DNA of 63,999 nt, counting the filler, from Malassezia furfur (lineage: Eukaryota), in the NCBI GenBank assembly GCA_052055015.1. It is 3 parts of 3 records of this genome, joined end to end, with 100 filler letters (N's around TTAATTAATTAA, not from the genome) between each part and the next. Parts side by side here need not be neighbours in the genome. Positions count along the whole stretch, not along the records: positions 23,668 to 47,161 come from JBQJIT010000151.1; 2 more parts are not named here. One strand, 5' to 3'. This document shows, in pieces, positions 31,463-40,994 of the stretch (position 1 is the first letter of the stretch; each line of letters begins with the position of its first letter). The notes under the pieces are model-generated. The model ran no database searches. It saw nothing but the letters and a program-made list of their open reading frames with translations, and had not been told where the DNA came from. Made by a program: the position numbers and the translations under genes.

Positions 31463-32886
31463 ATGGCCAACACGGCAGAAGCCGCCGCGGACGCGATGCA
31501 GGAGGTGCCGGGGCACGTCGTAGACCTTGAAAAGGCGCATGCCAAACTCGTACGTTGAGCACTTACCCAGTTCCATGCAATCAAAGCCGCCAAAACTGCG
31601 ACGAAGAAAGCAAGGCAGTTCGAACTGCAGCGGCATGTCCGCCAACTCAAGCAACGCCAAAGTGGGAAAGCCAAAAAGGAGCAATCCGTCGAAGAGCTAG
31701 AGGAGGAGCTTACTATTCTCAAGCGCATGGACATTCAACAAGTGGCGATGAATGCGCTGGTGTCCAAGCTTGCCAAGAGCAAACTTCTTCCTAGACCGCA
31801 GCTGGCCGTTTCCCTGGATGCTGAGCGGGCCAAGGACTTCCCTATCTATGAAACAGCGCAAAAACTCGGACTGGATCCGACGAAAAAAGGCGAGTATGAC
31901 TCGGTCCGAGAAGAGCGAGTCGTGCACCAAGTCCAAAGTGCCAAAGTCTTGGCGGAAGAATTGACGTCGTGCATCAAGTCAGTTGCTGCGTTGGTTTTCC
32001 CACCTGCGCCCAAAGAAACGACATCCAACGTCGTGGAGACAAGCAATGCTACTCAAGATACTGAATCTGCGATTCCCGCTCAGCCCGCAAAAAAAGCCAA
32101 GACCAAGCAAGTGCCGACGTCGGTACAGGAGGACGACTACAGTAGCGACGACGGCTTTGGTGATGAGGATACCGATCGCGTCCCGAATCAGCAATGGGAT
32201 CTGAGCGACATGGACAAGCTCGATGCATTGGTGGGTTCGGGCAGCGATGACTCGGACGGCGATGAAGAGGACGGTACCAGTGACGACGAAGACAATTCGA
32301 GTGACGTTGGTCCATTGATGCGTGCGAAGCGGCCGAGGAGTGAGTCTGACGAGGACGAGGACGAGGACGAGGACGAGAACGAGGATTTCCTCCCGAGCCT
32401 GGCAACGGGTTTCATTCCTGCAGGAGCTGGCGACGATTGGAACGATGCGGAGGCCGACTTTGCGGATCAGGATGCATCAGGCAAGGGTCCTGCCAAATCC
32501 ATGCGGAAAAACCGACGAGGCCAGCGCGAGCGTCGCGCGTACGTATCACACTATTGACCGACAGAATATGGGAGAAGAAGTATGGACGGCATGCCAATCA
32601 TCTGAAGCTTCGCGCCAAAGAGCCGCGCCAGCCAAAACGGCGCGGCCCCGGACGTGACGAGCGGCCACTGGCATCCATGAGATTGACGAGGGACACGCGT
32701 GCGCCCTTGCACAATCAAGCGCACACGGCATCCGCACCCATGCCATCCAAGTCCGCCCGGCACGGCGGACTTAAGGCTCCGGCACCGAAACCGGAGTCAA
32801 CGCATCCCAGCTGGGCTGCAAAACAACGCGCCAAAGAGGCACAAGCCGCCGCGAAGCCGCAAGGGAAGAAAATTGTTTTCGACTAA
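31463..32886 (+). CDS. BUD22: Bud22/SRFBP1-like ribosome biogenesis protein
   Basis: KKARQFELQRHVRQLK, FLPSLATGF, KNRRGQRERRAIWEKKYG, HPSWAAK..PQGKKIVFD; two short introns. Confidence 0.9.
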
Positions 32887-33063
32887 CCTTCGCGTTTGTA
32901 GTAATATGATTGGTCGATGAGATCTTGGGGCGACGTGAAAGCCGTCCTCGCTTGTCGTCGTGCGGAGTTGTCGGCTCCACGTGATAGTGCCTTGTTGAAA
33001 GAAAGTGGGGCAAATCGTTTATATTCACAGGCTCCGACGCGGCAACGCTTCCCCTACGACACC

Positions 33064-34854
33064 ATGAGTGAAGAAATCCAATCACTTCCCGACGGTCTTC
33101 AGCTTACACAAGACCCCGTCAACCTGGGTGACCTCAAGCCCGAGTACCACGATGTGGTCGTCGTCGGTGCAGGCCTGAGCGGCGTCAGCATTGCATGCAA
33201 GCTCAAGGACAAACACAACGTTACCGATGTCGTCATTCTGGAGAAGCTCCCTGGTCCTGCCGGCACTTGGGAATCGAATACGTACCCCGGCTGTGCCTGT
33301 GATATTCCTGCCCCCGTGTACAGCTTCAGTTTCCGTCAGAAGTCGGACTGGAGTGGCATGTTCCCGCAGCAGAAGGAGCTGCGTGAGTACGTGCACACTG
33401 TGGTGTCTGAGTACGGCCTGTGGGACAAGTTTCGCTTCAAGGTGCTCACGCGCCAGGCCCGTTACGACTCGGCCACCGGCCTGTGGCACATCGTCACCGA
33501 GGATGTGCCGGAGAGCAAGTCGAAGGATGCACGGGGCAAGCTGCATTACTACGTGTGCAAAATGATGATTACGGCGGTGGGCGGCCTGTCCCAGCCGAAC
33601 CCGTGCACCATCCCCGGCCACGAGAACTTCAAGGGCCCCATCTTCCATTCCGCACGATGGGACCACTCGGTGAGCATCAAGGACAAGAATGTGATTGTCG
33701 TCGGCAACGGTTGCTCTGCGACGCAGTTCGTCCCGATCATTGCCGACGAGGCCAAGCATGTGACACAGTTTGTACGCTCCAAGCACTGGTACGCGCCCGA
33801 GCCCAAGATCCCGCTCGAGTACATTCCTGGGTGGCGATGGCTCGTGATGCACTTTAGCTTCTTTATGTGGCTGCAGCGCATCCTCATCTGGCTCGTGCTT
33901 GAGTCCCACTTTACCATGGCGACGCGCACCAGCGTGGGCAAGATGATGCGTTCCGACTGGGAGAAGCAGTGCCGCAACTACGTGAAAAAAGCGGCGCCGA
34001 AACAGTACCACGAGCAGCTGCTACCCAAGCAGAATGAGCTGATGGTCGCTTGCCGCCGTCGCATTCTCGACAACCGCTACCTGCCCTCGCTCAACCGTGA
34101 GAACCTGGACTTGGAAACCTCGAAGCTGGTCAAGATTGAGGAAAATGCCGTGGTGACCGCCGATGGTCGCCGCCTCCCTGCCGACGTGATAGTAATGGCC
34201 AATGGCTTCAACCCCCAGATGGCCGGCTTCCCTCTGGAGATCCGCGGCGCGGATATGACTCAGATGGAGCACTATAACAAGTATGGCGAGGGCAGCATGA
34301 TTGCATATCACACCTGCTTCCTGTCTGGTTTCCCTAACATGTCGATGCTCGTGGGTCCCAACTCGGGCACGGGCCACATGTCGGTGATTTACACCTCGGA
34401 GCGCCAGCAGGAGCTCACCATGTACATTGCCAAGCCCGTGCTAGAGTCTCCGCGCCCATCCGACGCAGACATTGCTCACCTGCCCGGCACCAAGGCCACG
34501 ACGCATCTCTCGCACATCCCGACCTTTGACGTGAAGCTCAAGGCAGAGCTCGACGAGCAGCACTGGGTCGTCAAGCGGATGAAGGAGCTCGTCTTTACGA
34601 CATGCGACTCGTGGTACCGCGACCCAAAGTCGGGCCGTGTCACTGCTGTGTACCCTGACTGGCAGTGGAAGTTTGCGCTGCGCGCCTGGTTCCCGGTGTA
34701 CAGCGACTTCATGTACAAATACCTACCGAACAACCAAACCCGGCCGTCCATTCCGTGGTGGCAGTCGCTCGGCAGCTGGCTGGGTCTCGGCAAGACCCCA
34801 CGTGTGGACCCCTCAGAGACGCCCGAGATCAACCGGGAGCGAATGGGGGCATAA
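33064..34854 (+). CDS. Flavin-containing Baeyer-Villiger-type monooxygenase
   Basis: VVGAGLSG FAD motif, WESNTYPGCACD, FKGPIFHSARWD fingerprint, VVGNGCSA NADPH motif; intronless. Confidence 0.9.
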   Translation: MSEEIQSLPDGLQLTQDPVNLGDLKPEYHDVVVVGAGLSGVSIACKLKDKHNVTDVVILEKLPGPAGTWESNTYPGCACDIPAPVYSFSFRQKSDWSGMFPQQKELREYVHTVVSEYGLWDKFRFKVLTRQARYDSATGLWHIVTEDVPESKSKDARGKLHYYVCKMMITAVGGLSQPNPCTIPGHENFKGPIFHSARWDHSVSIKDKNVIVVGNGCSATQFVPIIADEAKHVTQFVRSKHWYAPEPKIPLEYIPGWRWLVMHFSFFMWLQRILIWLVLESHFTMATRTSVGKMMRSDWEKQCRNYVKKAAPKQYHEQLLPKQNELMVACRRRILDNRYLPSLNRENLDLETSKLVKIEENAVVTADGRRLPADVIVMANGFNPQMAGFPLEIRGADMTQMEHYNKYGEGSMIAYHTCFLSGFPNMSMLVGPNSGTGHMSVIYTSERQQELTMYIAKPVLESPRPSDADIAHLPGTKATTHLSHIPTFDVKLKAELDEQHWVVKRMKELVFTTCDSWYRDPKSGRVTAVYPDWQWKFALRAWFPVYSDFMYKYLPNNQTRPSIPWWQSLGSWLGLGKTPRVDPSETPEINRERMGA

Positions 34855-35160
34855 ATGCGGCAGAGCTGTAGAGACACTGTGGACTATCTGATAGCAATAT
34901 GTCAATGGACCCCAGTCTTGGCACGCGCTGGGTGGCGCGGCGACGCCCGCACCCTGTGCGTAGCAGAGGACGAAGAATCTGCGCAAATTTCGAGGATCGC
35001 GTCATCGGTGCAAATTGCCCTCGCGCGCATTTTGCCCCCGCCAATTTGCGCCATCGTTGGTGCCGCCGCTCCGCTTGCCCCTGCGGTGTTTGCGGAGATT
35101 CCCCGGGGTAAAACTTCGATGTGGCGCGTGCGCAGTGATCGATGTTCCGTGCACATTGCT

Positions 35161-35196
35161 TATATAAGCATTGTGCAGCCAACCGTGGGCTATAAA
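35161..35196 (+). promoter_or_regulatory. Two TATA elements upstream of thioredoxin
   Basis: TATATAAG at 35161 and TATAAA at 35191, 45-80 bp before the ATG. Confidence 0.5.
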
Positions 35197-35240
35197 GCTC
35201 GCCGGGGTGGCGAGGATCCTATCTTCGTCCCGAAACAACC

Positions 35241-35604
35241 ATGGGTGTGCAAGTCATTTCGTCGTACGACCAGTTCAAGCAAGTGACCGGTGGTGACAAG
35301 ATTGTCGTCATCGACTTCTGGGCGACCTGGTGTGGCCCCTGCAAGATGATCGGCCCGGTCTTTGAGAAGATCTCGGACACCAAGGCCGGTGAGACGCTCG
35401 GCTTCTACAAGGTCGACGTCGACGAGCAGAGCCAGATTGCTCAGGAGGTCGGCATCCGTGCGATGCCCACCTTCGTCTTCTTCAAGAACGGCGAGAAGAT
35501 CGAGACGGTCGTTGGTGCCGACTTGACCAAGCTCCAAGTACGTACACGGGCCCAGGATCTCATACTAACCCCAGAACGCTATCCAGAAGCACGCTTCTGC
35601 CTAG
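35241..35604 (+). CDS. TRX1: Thioredoxin (close to allergen Mala s 13)
   Basis: WCGPC active site, VQVISSYDQFKQVTGGDK N-terminus; one intron then NAIQKHASA*. Confidence 0.95.
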
Positions 35605-35652
35605 ATAGGATGCTGATAGCGTGGAGTTTCCTTTTAATTGTTTCAGACAGTA

Positions 35653-37077
35653 TTATGAGGTTTCTGCCAGTACAGAAGCTATGACATAGTCGCCGTCGTG
35701 CGAGACGCTCAGGTGCAGGCGTAATTGCTCGACCAGTGCATCCGCCAGGCGCCCGTCCGCACCGATGTAGTGCGCCCCAGGGTCAAGACGCAGACGTGGC
35801 TTGGCCGTGAGCGGGGTGTGGCCCCGCTCCATGATGATGTCGCGCGCGCGAAGCTTGATATGGGGGTACACAGCCTTGTATGTGGCTTCCTTGCATGCCC
35901 ACCTAGACGCGGTTAGTAACGAACGAACGCGTCTTTGCACTCTCGGCAGAGCTCACCTCGTCGCAAGGAAGCGCAGGCGGTCCTCGTGCGTCATGCCCGG
36001 CGCCATGTCCGCCCACACAGCCGACTCGGACTTGGACAGTGTGCGACGCGCAAAGTGCTGTGCCGCCTGCGCAAGGACCGACTCGGTGGATGGCTGACTG
36101 TCCTGGCGCTGCGGCATCGCAATGCGCGGCGCCTGAGAAAAGGCACCGTGCCACGGCGTGCTGCAGAGCCGCTGGGCATGCCGCGAGACGAGGCTGCGCA
36201 TCCGAGGGAGGTACAGGAGATCCACACCGACGCCCAGCACCGCAAGCTGGGCGGCCGTCGTACTGTTCGACGACAGGTCCGGCGGAGGAGTCGTGCCAAT
36301 GACATCGACCGGGCGCTTGGCCGTCTCCGGTGCCGCCGTTGGCGGCGGCTTGGCGCTCGAGCTACCATTGAAGCCAAGCTTCGACTTCAGCCGCGCCATC
36401 TTTTCGTCAAGCACCTTTTGGGCCTCACGGTTGCCGTAGTAGGCTTGGACCTTGAGCTCGAGCAAATCGAACGCGTGGTCCACGCCAATCTCGACCGGCT
36501 CGTCGAAGAGCATGGGCTGCGCATGTTAGCATTTTCCGACGCACCAAGAGCGGCACGGTGAGCAGGCCGGCGACCGTGGGACCCACGCTGCGGACGCGCA
36601 GGTAACGCGAGCGGGCAAAGACCGGTGCCGAGTACTTGACCACGCTGTGGATCGTGACCGCGGCTGAGTGGTAAGTAGGTCCATGTGTCACAACGTACGC
36701 AGCAGCAAACTGGGGGGTCAGCGGGGATGCACGTACCTCGACAGGAGCTGGAAGGTGAAGCGACGCGACGCGATCCACGAGAGGTCCTCCTTGGCCTGGC
36801 GCGTCGACATGTCGCGGCCCTCGCACGACTTGTAGCAGGTGTAGCCGACATCCGTAAAGATGTACGCCCAACTCACGGCATACGCGGCTGTGACCACACC
36901 GGGCCGGGTCAGAGGCCGGAAGGCCTCCCCCACATCGGACGAGTAGGCAATATACCGCGAGCTCGACGTCAGCAGCGTACGCAAGCGCATCGCATAAGCC
37001 GAGTAGCGGCCGACTCCTTCATCGTCCTGCGCACTGTACGTGTGGTGGCTCTCGATCTCTTGCTCGACGTGCGACAT
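35653..37077 (-). CDS. Fusion of MTP18/MTFP1 (N-terminal) and AcpS/Ppt2-type 4'-phosphopantetheinyl transferase (C-terminal), about 426 aa
   Basis: Exons 37077-36737, 36709-36699, 36663-36545, 36516-35957, 35902-35653 total 1281 nt. MTP18 motifs RYIAYSSDVGEAFRP, LPAVTIHSVV, PMLFDEPVE; AcpS motifs VLGVGVDL, RWACKEATYKA, LSVSHDGDY. Confidence 0.8.
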
Positions 37078-37137
37078 GGTCCGGAAGAGAAAGCGGGACC
37101 CCGCGTATGCAGGGTCTTTTGGCTGACTAAGACCACG

Positions 37138-37845
37138 ATGAGCCAGCGTCGAGGTGGGGGATCGACCGAGCCGACGCTCGCGTCGGCTGCTCCGCCGCTG
37201 AGCCATCTGATGACGCTGTACCAGCGCTACGACTCGCTACGTAACTCGATTGCGCTGTTCCGCGAGCAGACCCTGCATACGCCTGGCATTGAGGACTGGC
37301 TGTCGGTCCAAAGCAATTACACCAACCTGCTCTCGCATGTCTTCTCAATCGCATCTGCGCTGCACTCGCCGAGCCCACACTTTGTTGCATCGCAGCTTGC
37401 GACACTCAACGAGTTCCTTGAGACCGAGGCACAAGATACCAACCTGTTCGGTGACGAGCAAAACGACACCGAGATGAACTCCCTCCTGTACGACGACCAC
37501 GACCAAGACTCCCAGCTTCCCCCCGTCGAGGACCACGACCCCAAGAGTCAGCTGCCCGAGCTTGCCGTGCACCCATGCGTGCCAATTCCGGACAGCAAAC
37601 TGAACTGGCTCGGTACGCTGTTGCGCACGGTGCCCGAGGTCGAGACGAGTGCCGCCGAGTCGGCGCTGGTGTCCGACTACGACCAGAAGCACGCCGAGGT
37701 GGACGAGGGTGCACTTACGAAACAGATTCAGGCCCATGACGAGCGATGTATGAAAGCACTACGGACGTGGTACCATCTTCTTCATGCCCCCGACCAGGAC
37801 GGAAACACGTATGATTTTACCATGCGCATCGAAACCGAAGACTAG
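37138..37845 (+). CDS. MED8: Mediator subunit Med8-like
   Basis: DWLSVQSNYTNLLSHVFSIASAL and AVHP..P..WLGTLLRTVPEVE resemble Med8 conserved blocks. Confidence 0.6.
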   Translation: MSQRRGGGSTEPTLASAAPPLSHLMTLYQRYDSLRNSIALFREQTLHTPGIEDWLSVQSNYTNLLSHVFSIASALHSPSPHFVASQLATLNEFLETEAQDTNLFGDEQNDTEMNSLLYDDHDQDSQLPPVEDHDPKSQLPELAVHPCVPIPDSKLNWLGTLLRTVPEVETSAAESALVSDYDQKHAEVDEGALTKQIQAHDERCMKALRTWYHLLHAPDQDGNTYDFTMRIETED

Positions 37846-39389
37846 ATCGCGGCGCCGGTTGGACGCAGGAGGGGTATCGGGTGCCCACTCACCCACCACG
37901 CGCCGAGCACGGCAAGCAGCGCGACCTCGATCGCGGCGAGCGGAAGGCTGCCGTTGCCAAACAGCAGCAGCAGCGACCAGAGGCAGCCGATGATCCGGTC
38001 AAGCCAACGGCCGCGGAACTGCATCGTGCGCCACGCGGGATCGATGGGGTACGGCGCTGTAAGGAAGGGACGCGCATGCGTCGGCGGCACCGTGAGGATC
38101 GCCGTGATTGGCTTGTGGTCTGACACGCGGTACTCCATCAGGCTGCGGTACAGCTCGCACCCCACACTCTGTGGCTCGCTCCACAGGATGCGGTCTGGCC
38201 AGCCTGGCACGCGCTTCTTGCTCAAGACATCCTGGTTCTCGGCGGGAGTTTTGGGCACCTTGTATTTGTAGGTAGGCGGCAAATTGTACACACTCAGGTC
38301 TGGGATGTAAAGCGACTGGAACGCGCGCGCTGGCGACACGGCGTGCTGCAGCGCTAGCTGGTCGTACGGCAGAAGCCAGGCCCAGCGCTTGGGGTTTTTC
38401 GACTGGGCGAGCATCTTGACGTCGGAGCGCTTCATGGGCGGGTACGTGTTCCTCGAAACGGGTCCGCCCGACGGCGGTGCACCGGGGACACCCGTGCCGA
38501 TGCGGTAGTTGAGGTCGCCCAAAACAAAGAGATGGTGCGTGTCGTACACCGAGTACTCGTTCGCATCCAGCGCCTTGGTCCGGTGCTGTGAAGCGGGCTT
38601 CGTGGGTACGCTGTGAATCTGGCCCATTGCTTCCTTCTCATCACCGGGCACGGTCGAAGGAGCCACGTTCGGCACGTAGCCGAGCTCATCCGGACTAAAC
38701 ACGAGGCGTTGCACAATGTTTTGCCAGTCGCGGTTGCGGCGCTCGACGTTGTGGTCGTGCGCGGCGAGGTGCGCACACACAAAGGTAAACACCTCGTCCT
38801 CGCCTCCCGTGCGCAGCGGCGCAAGCGTCACGCGCGCGCCTACGGCGCCCTTATTGCCCATCAGGTTAAGGATGCCCGTGCCGACGGTGGCCATGCGCAC
38901 TTCCTTGACCCGCTCGGCGGCGCTCGGCAGGCTGGCTGCCTCGCGCGACGGACGCTCGCGCGCATATACAAACAGAACCATACCGCCGTGCACGATCTCA
39001 GCGATGCGTGCATAATTCTCCGGGCCTCCGCCGAGCTCCAACGGATCGTACATGCGATCGGGGCGGACGGTGGCCTGGTGCAAGCGCACCGTGCGCCGAA
39101 TTTCGCGATCGATCGCGGTGCGCATCGACTCTGTAAACCCGGCAAGCCCGTGTGGCAGCAAAGCAAACTCCTGGAAGCCCACCGCGTAGAGGTCTGGCGC
39201 ATCGCGCGGTCCCAACGCAAACGCCTGCGGGTGCCGCGACGCGGTCTTTTCTGCGACCGCGTAGCCACTTGCCGGATCCTGCTGCACCGTGGGAATCAGC
39301 CATGAGGTAAAGTCCGGCAGTGCATTCTCTTCAAGGTGCTGGCCCGCATTGAATGACGCAACCTGCACGCGAAGGTGGTGTTCCGACAT
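37842..39389 (-). CDS. Inositol polyphosphate 5-phosphatase with C-terminal membrane tail (Inp54-like)
   Basis: AVGFQE, GNKGAVG, FVCAHLAAH, LGDLNYR, PPTYKY, PGWPDRIL, SDHKPI; hydrophobic C-terminus. Confidence 0.9.
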   Translation of the reverse strand: MSEHHLRVQVASFNAGQHLEENALPDFTSWLIPTVQQDPASGYAVAEKTASRHPQAFALGPRDAPDLYAVGFQEFALLPHGLAGFTESMRTAIDREIRRTVRLHQATVRPDRMYDPLELGGGPENYARIAEIVHGGMVLFVYARERPSREAASLPSAAERVKEVRMATVGTGILNLMGNKGAVGARVTLAPLRTGGEDEVFTFVCAHLAAHDHNVERRNRDWQNIVQRLVFSPDELGYVPNVAPSTVPGDEKEAMGQIHSVPTKPASQHRTKALDANEYSVYDTHHLFVLGDLNYRIGTGVPGAPPSGGPVSRNTYPPMKRSDVKMLAQSKNPKRWAWLLPYDQLALQHAVSPARAFQSLYIPDLSVYNLPPTYKYKVPKTPAENQDVLSKKRVPGWPDRILWSEPQSVGCELYRSLMEYRVSDHKPITAILTVPPTHARPFLTAPYPIDPAWRTMQFRGRWLDRIIGCLWSLLLLFGNGSLPLAAIEVALLAVLGAWWVSGHPIPLLRPTGAAI

Positions 39390-39477
39390 ACCGGGTGCCG
39401 AGAGTGCGGCGCCCCACGTTTGGTGTAGGTGCTGACTAAGCCTTCGACCGGGTCTGGGCGAGTTGGCGTCGACGAAA

Positions 39478-39861
39478 ATGTAGGTCGTGCGGTGCAGCAA
39501 CTAATGCAGGTCTGCACAGAGCTCCAACCTGATCAATAAGCTCGACACGCAGGCGCATGATGATGTGCGGAAACTCGTGACGCAGGATGCCGAGAGCCAG
39601 AACGGCAAGAGCTCGCAGTTCACCTTCTTTGGGTAGGTCGGCGAAAGTCTCACGCAGCGAGCGCGGCGAGAAGAGTTCGCTACTGTGCCGCAAGCTGCCA
39701 AACGGTGAGGAACAGTGTGCGACGATCGCACTCGAGGCGCGCGATCTGTTCCAGACGATGCAGGTACGCCGCACGAGCTCACGCAGTCGCTCGGATTCTT
39801 CTGCATCCTGCCGCACGACCCAGCGAAGACATACATCCGGTGCGAGAAGATCCCCAGCTAG
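39478..39861 (+). CDS. Small 101-aa Cys-containing hypothetical protein, four exons, ATG split by intron 1
   Basis: Exons 39478-39479, 39510-39632, 39658-39763, 39787-39861 total 306 nt; all three introns are GTA(G/C)G..CT(A/C)A(C/T)..CAG. Confidence 0.72.
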
Positions 39862-39874
39862 TGGCTATCGTAGA

Positions 39875-40936
39875 CTACGCAAACGGCTTGATACCGGTCC
39901 AGATCGTCGCGATACCGAGCGACAGGTCCTCGTACGCGCCGTTCGGCCCGCTGAGACGCGGCAGGCCCATCGACTGCGCCTCGACGGAGCCGGGCGAGAG
40001 GAAGCCGGCCTCAGCGACCATGTTGGCGAACTCGACCTGCGTCGGGAAGCGCTCGATCGACTCGACCAAGTACTGGTACGACTCGCGGTCGCCGACGAGC
40101 AGCTGGCCAAGCGGCGGGATGACCGAGAAAGAGTACTGCTTGTACAGCCTGGGTCAGTTGATGCGGCGACATACTGTGCAAGGAATGGCACCGAGACCTT
40201 GCCAAACTCGAGGCACGCAAAGATGCCGCCTGGCTTAAGCACGCGGTAGGCCTCGCGGATCACCTGGTCGATGTGCGTGCAGTTCCGAATGCCGAACGCG
40301 ATGGTGTACAGGTCCATCGACTCGCTCGCGATCGGCTCGCTCACGAGCGGCGGCAAGATGGGGTTCTTGCGCGTGCTTGCAGGCGGGTTGGTGCGCTCGG
40401 GCACCTCCATGGGCTTGTCAAGCGCTTCGGCGTTGCCGAGCTGGAACTTGATCTGCGGCGTGTTCCAGTACATGGTTTCCTTGAGCCGCTTTTGGCCCTC
40501 GATGAGCATCTGCGGGTTGATGTCGAGCACAGTAACGCGCGTCTCGCGGTCGAGGTGTTGCGTGCGCGCGTGGTCGAGGAGGCGCAACGCAATGTCGCCG
40601 GTGCCGCCTGCGACGTCGAGGCACTGGATACCGCCGCGCGGGTTCAGCATCTCGACGAAGTGGTTCTTCCACAGGCGGTGAATACCGAGCGACATGGCGT
40701 CGTTCATCATGTCGTACGACGAGGCAACCGACGAGAAGACGGAGCCGACTGCGTCAGGGAGGGTGCCACGTACCCAACGTCTCCTTGTCGCTCTCCTGCA
40801 CGGTACGGAAACCAAAGTGCGTGTTACGGTCCTGTTCGTATGCCACACACGACGTGCGCAGACCGCGCATGGCACCTGCGCACGGTGCCAGGGGACGCGC
40901 ACCGAGCCCGGCGCGCACACTACGCAGAAGAAGCAT
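39875..40936 (-). CDS. COQ5: Ubiquinone biosynthesis C-methyltransferase Coq5
   Basis: THFGF, VFSSVASSYDMMNDAMSLGIHRLWK, LDVAGGTGDIA, YTIAFGIRNCTH, YLVESIERFP; two introns. Confidence 0.95.
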
Positions 40937-40994
40937 CGTGGCAGACGGCGGCACCCTCCCACGTGGGTACATTCTACAAAAACGCCCATTTCCA

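Noticed and set aside
32348..32385. (GACGAG)n repeat, and a similar acidic repeat at about 42907-42995
   Set aside because: Simple Asp/Glu codon runs within the BUD22 and WD40 coding regions
18819..36300. LYS2, BVMO and PPTase as a possible NRPS secondary-metabolite cluster
   Set aside because: LYS2 is primary lysine metabolism and is activated by an Sfp/Lys5-type PPTase, not an AcpS type; the genes are separated by unrelated housekeeping genes
36685..37137. Upstream extension of the MED8-like ORF (386 aa in the track)
   Set aside because: Antisense to MTP18 exons; a plausible ATG lies at 37138
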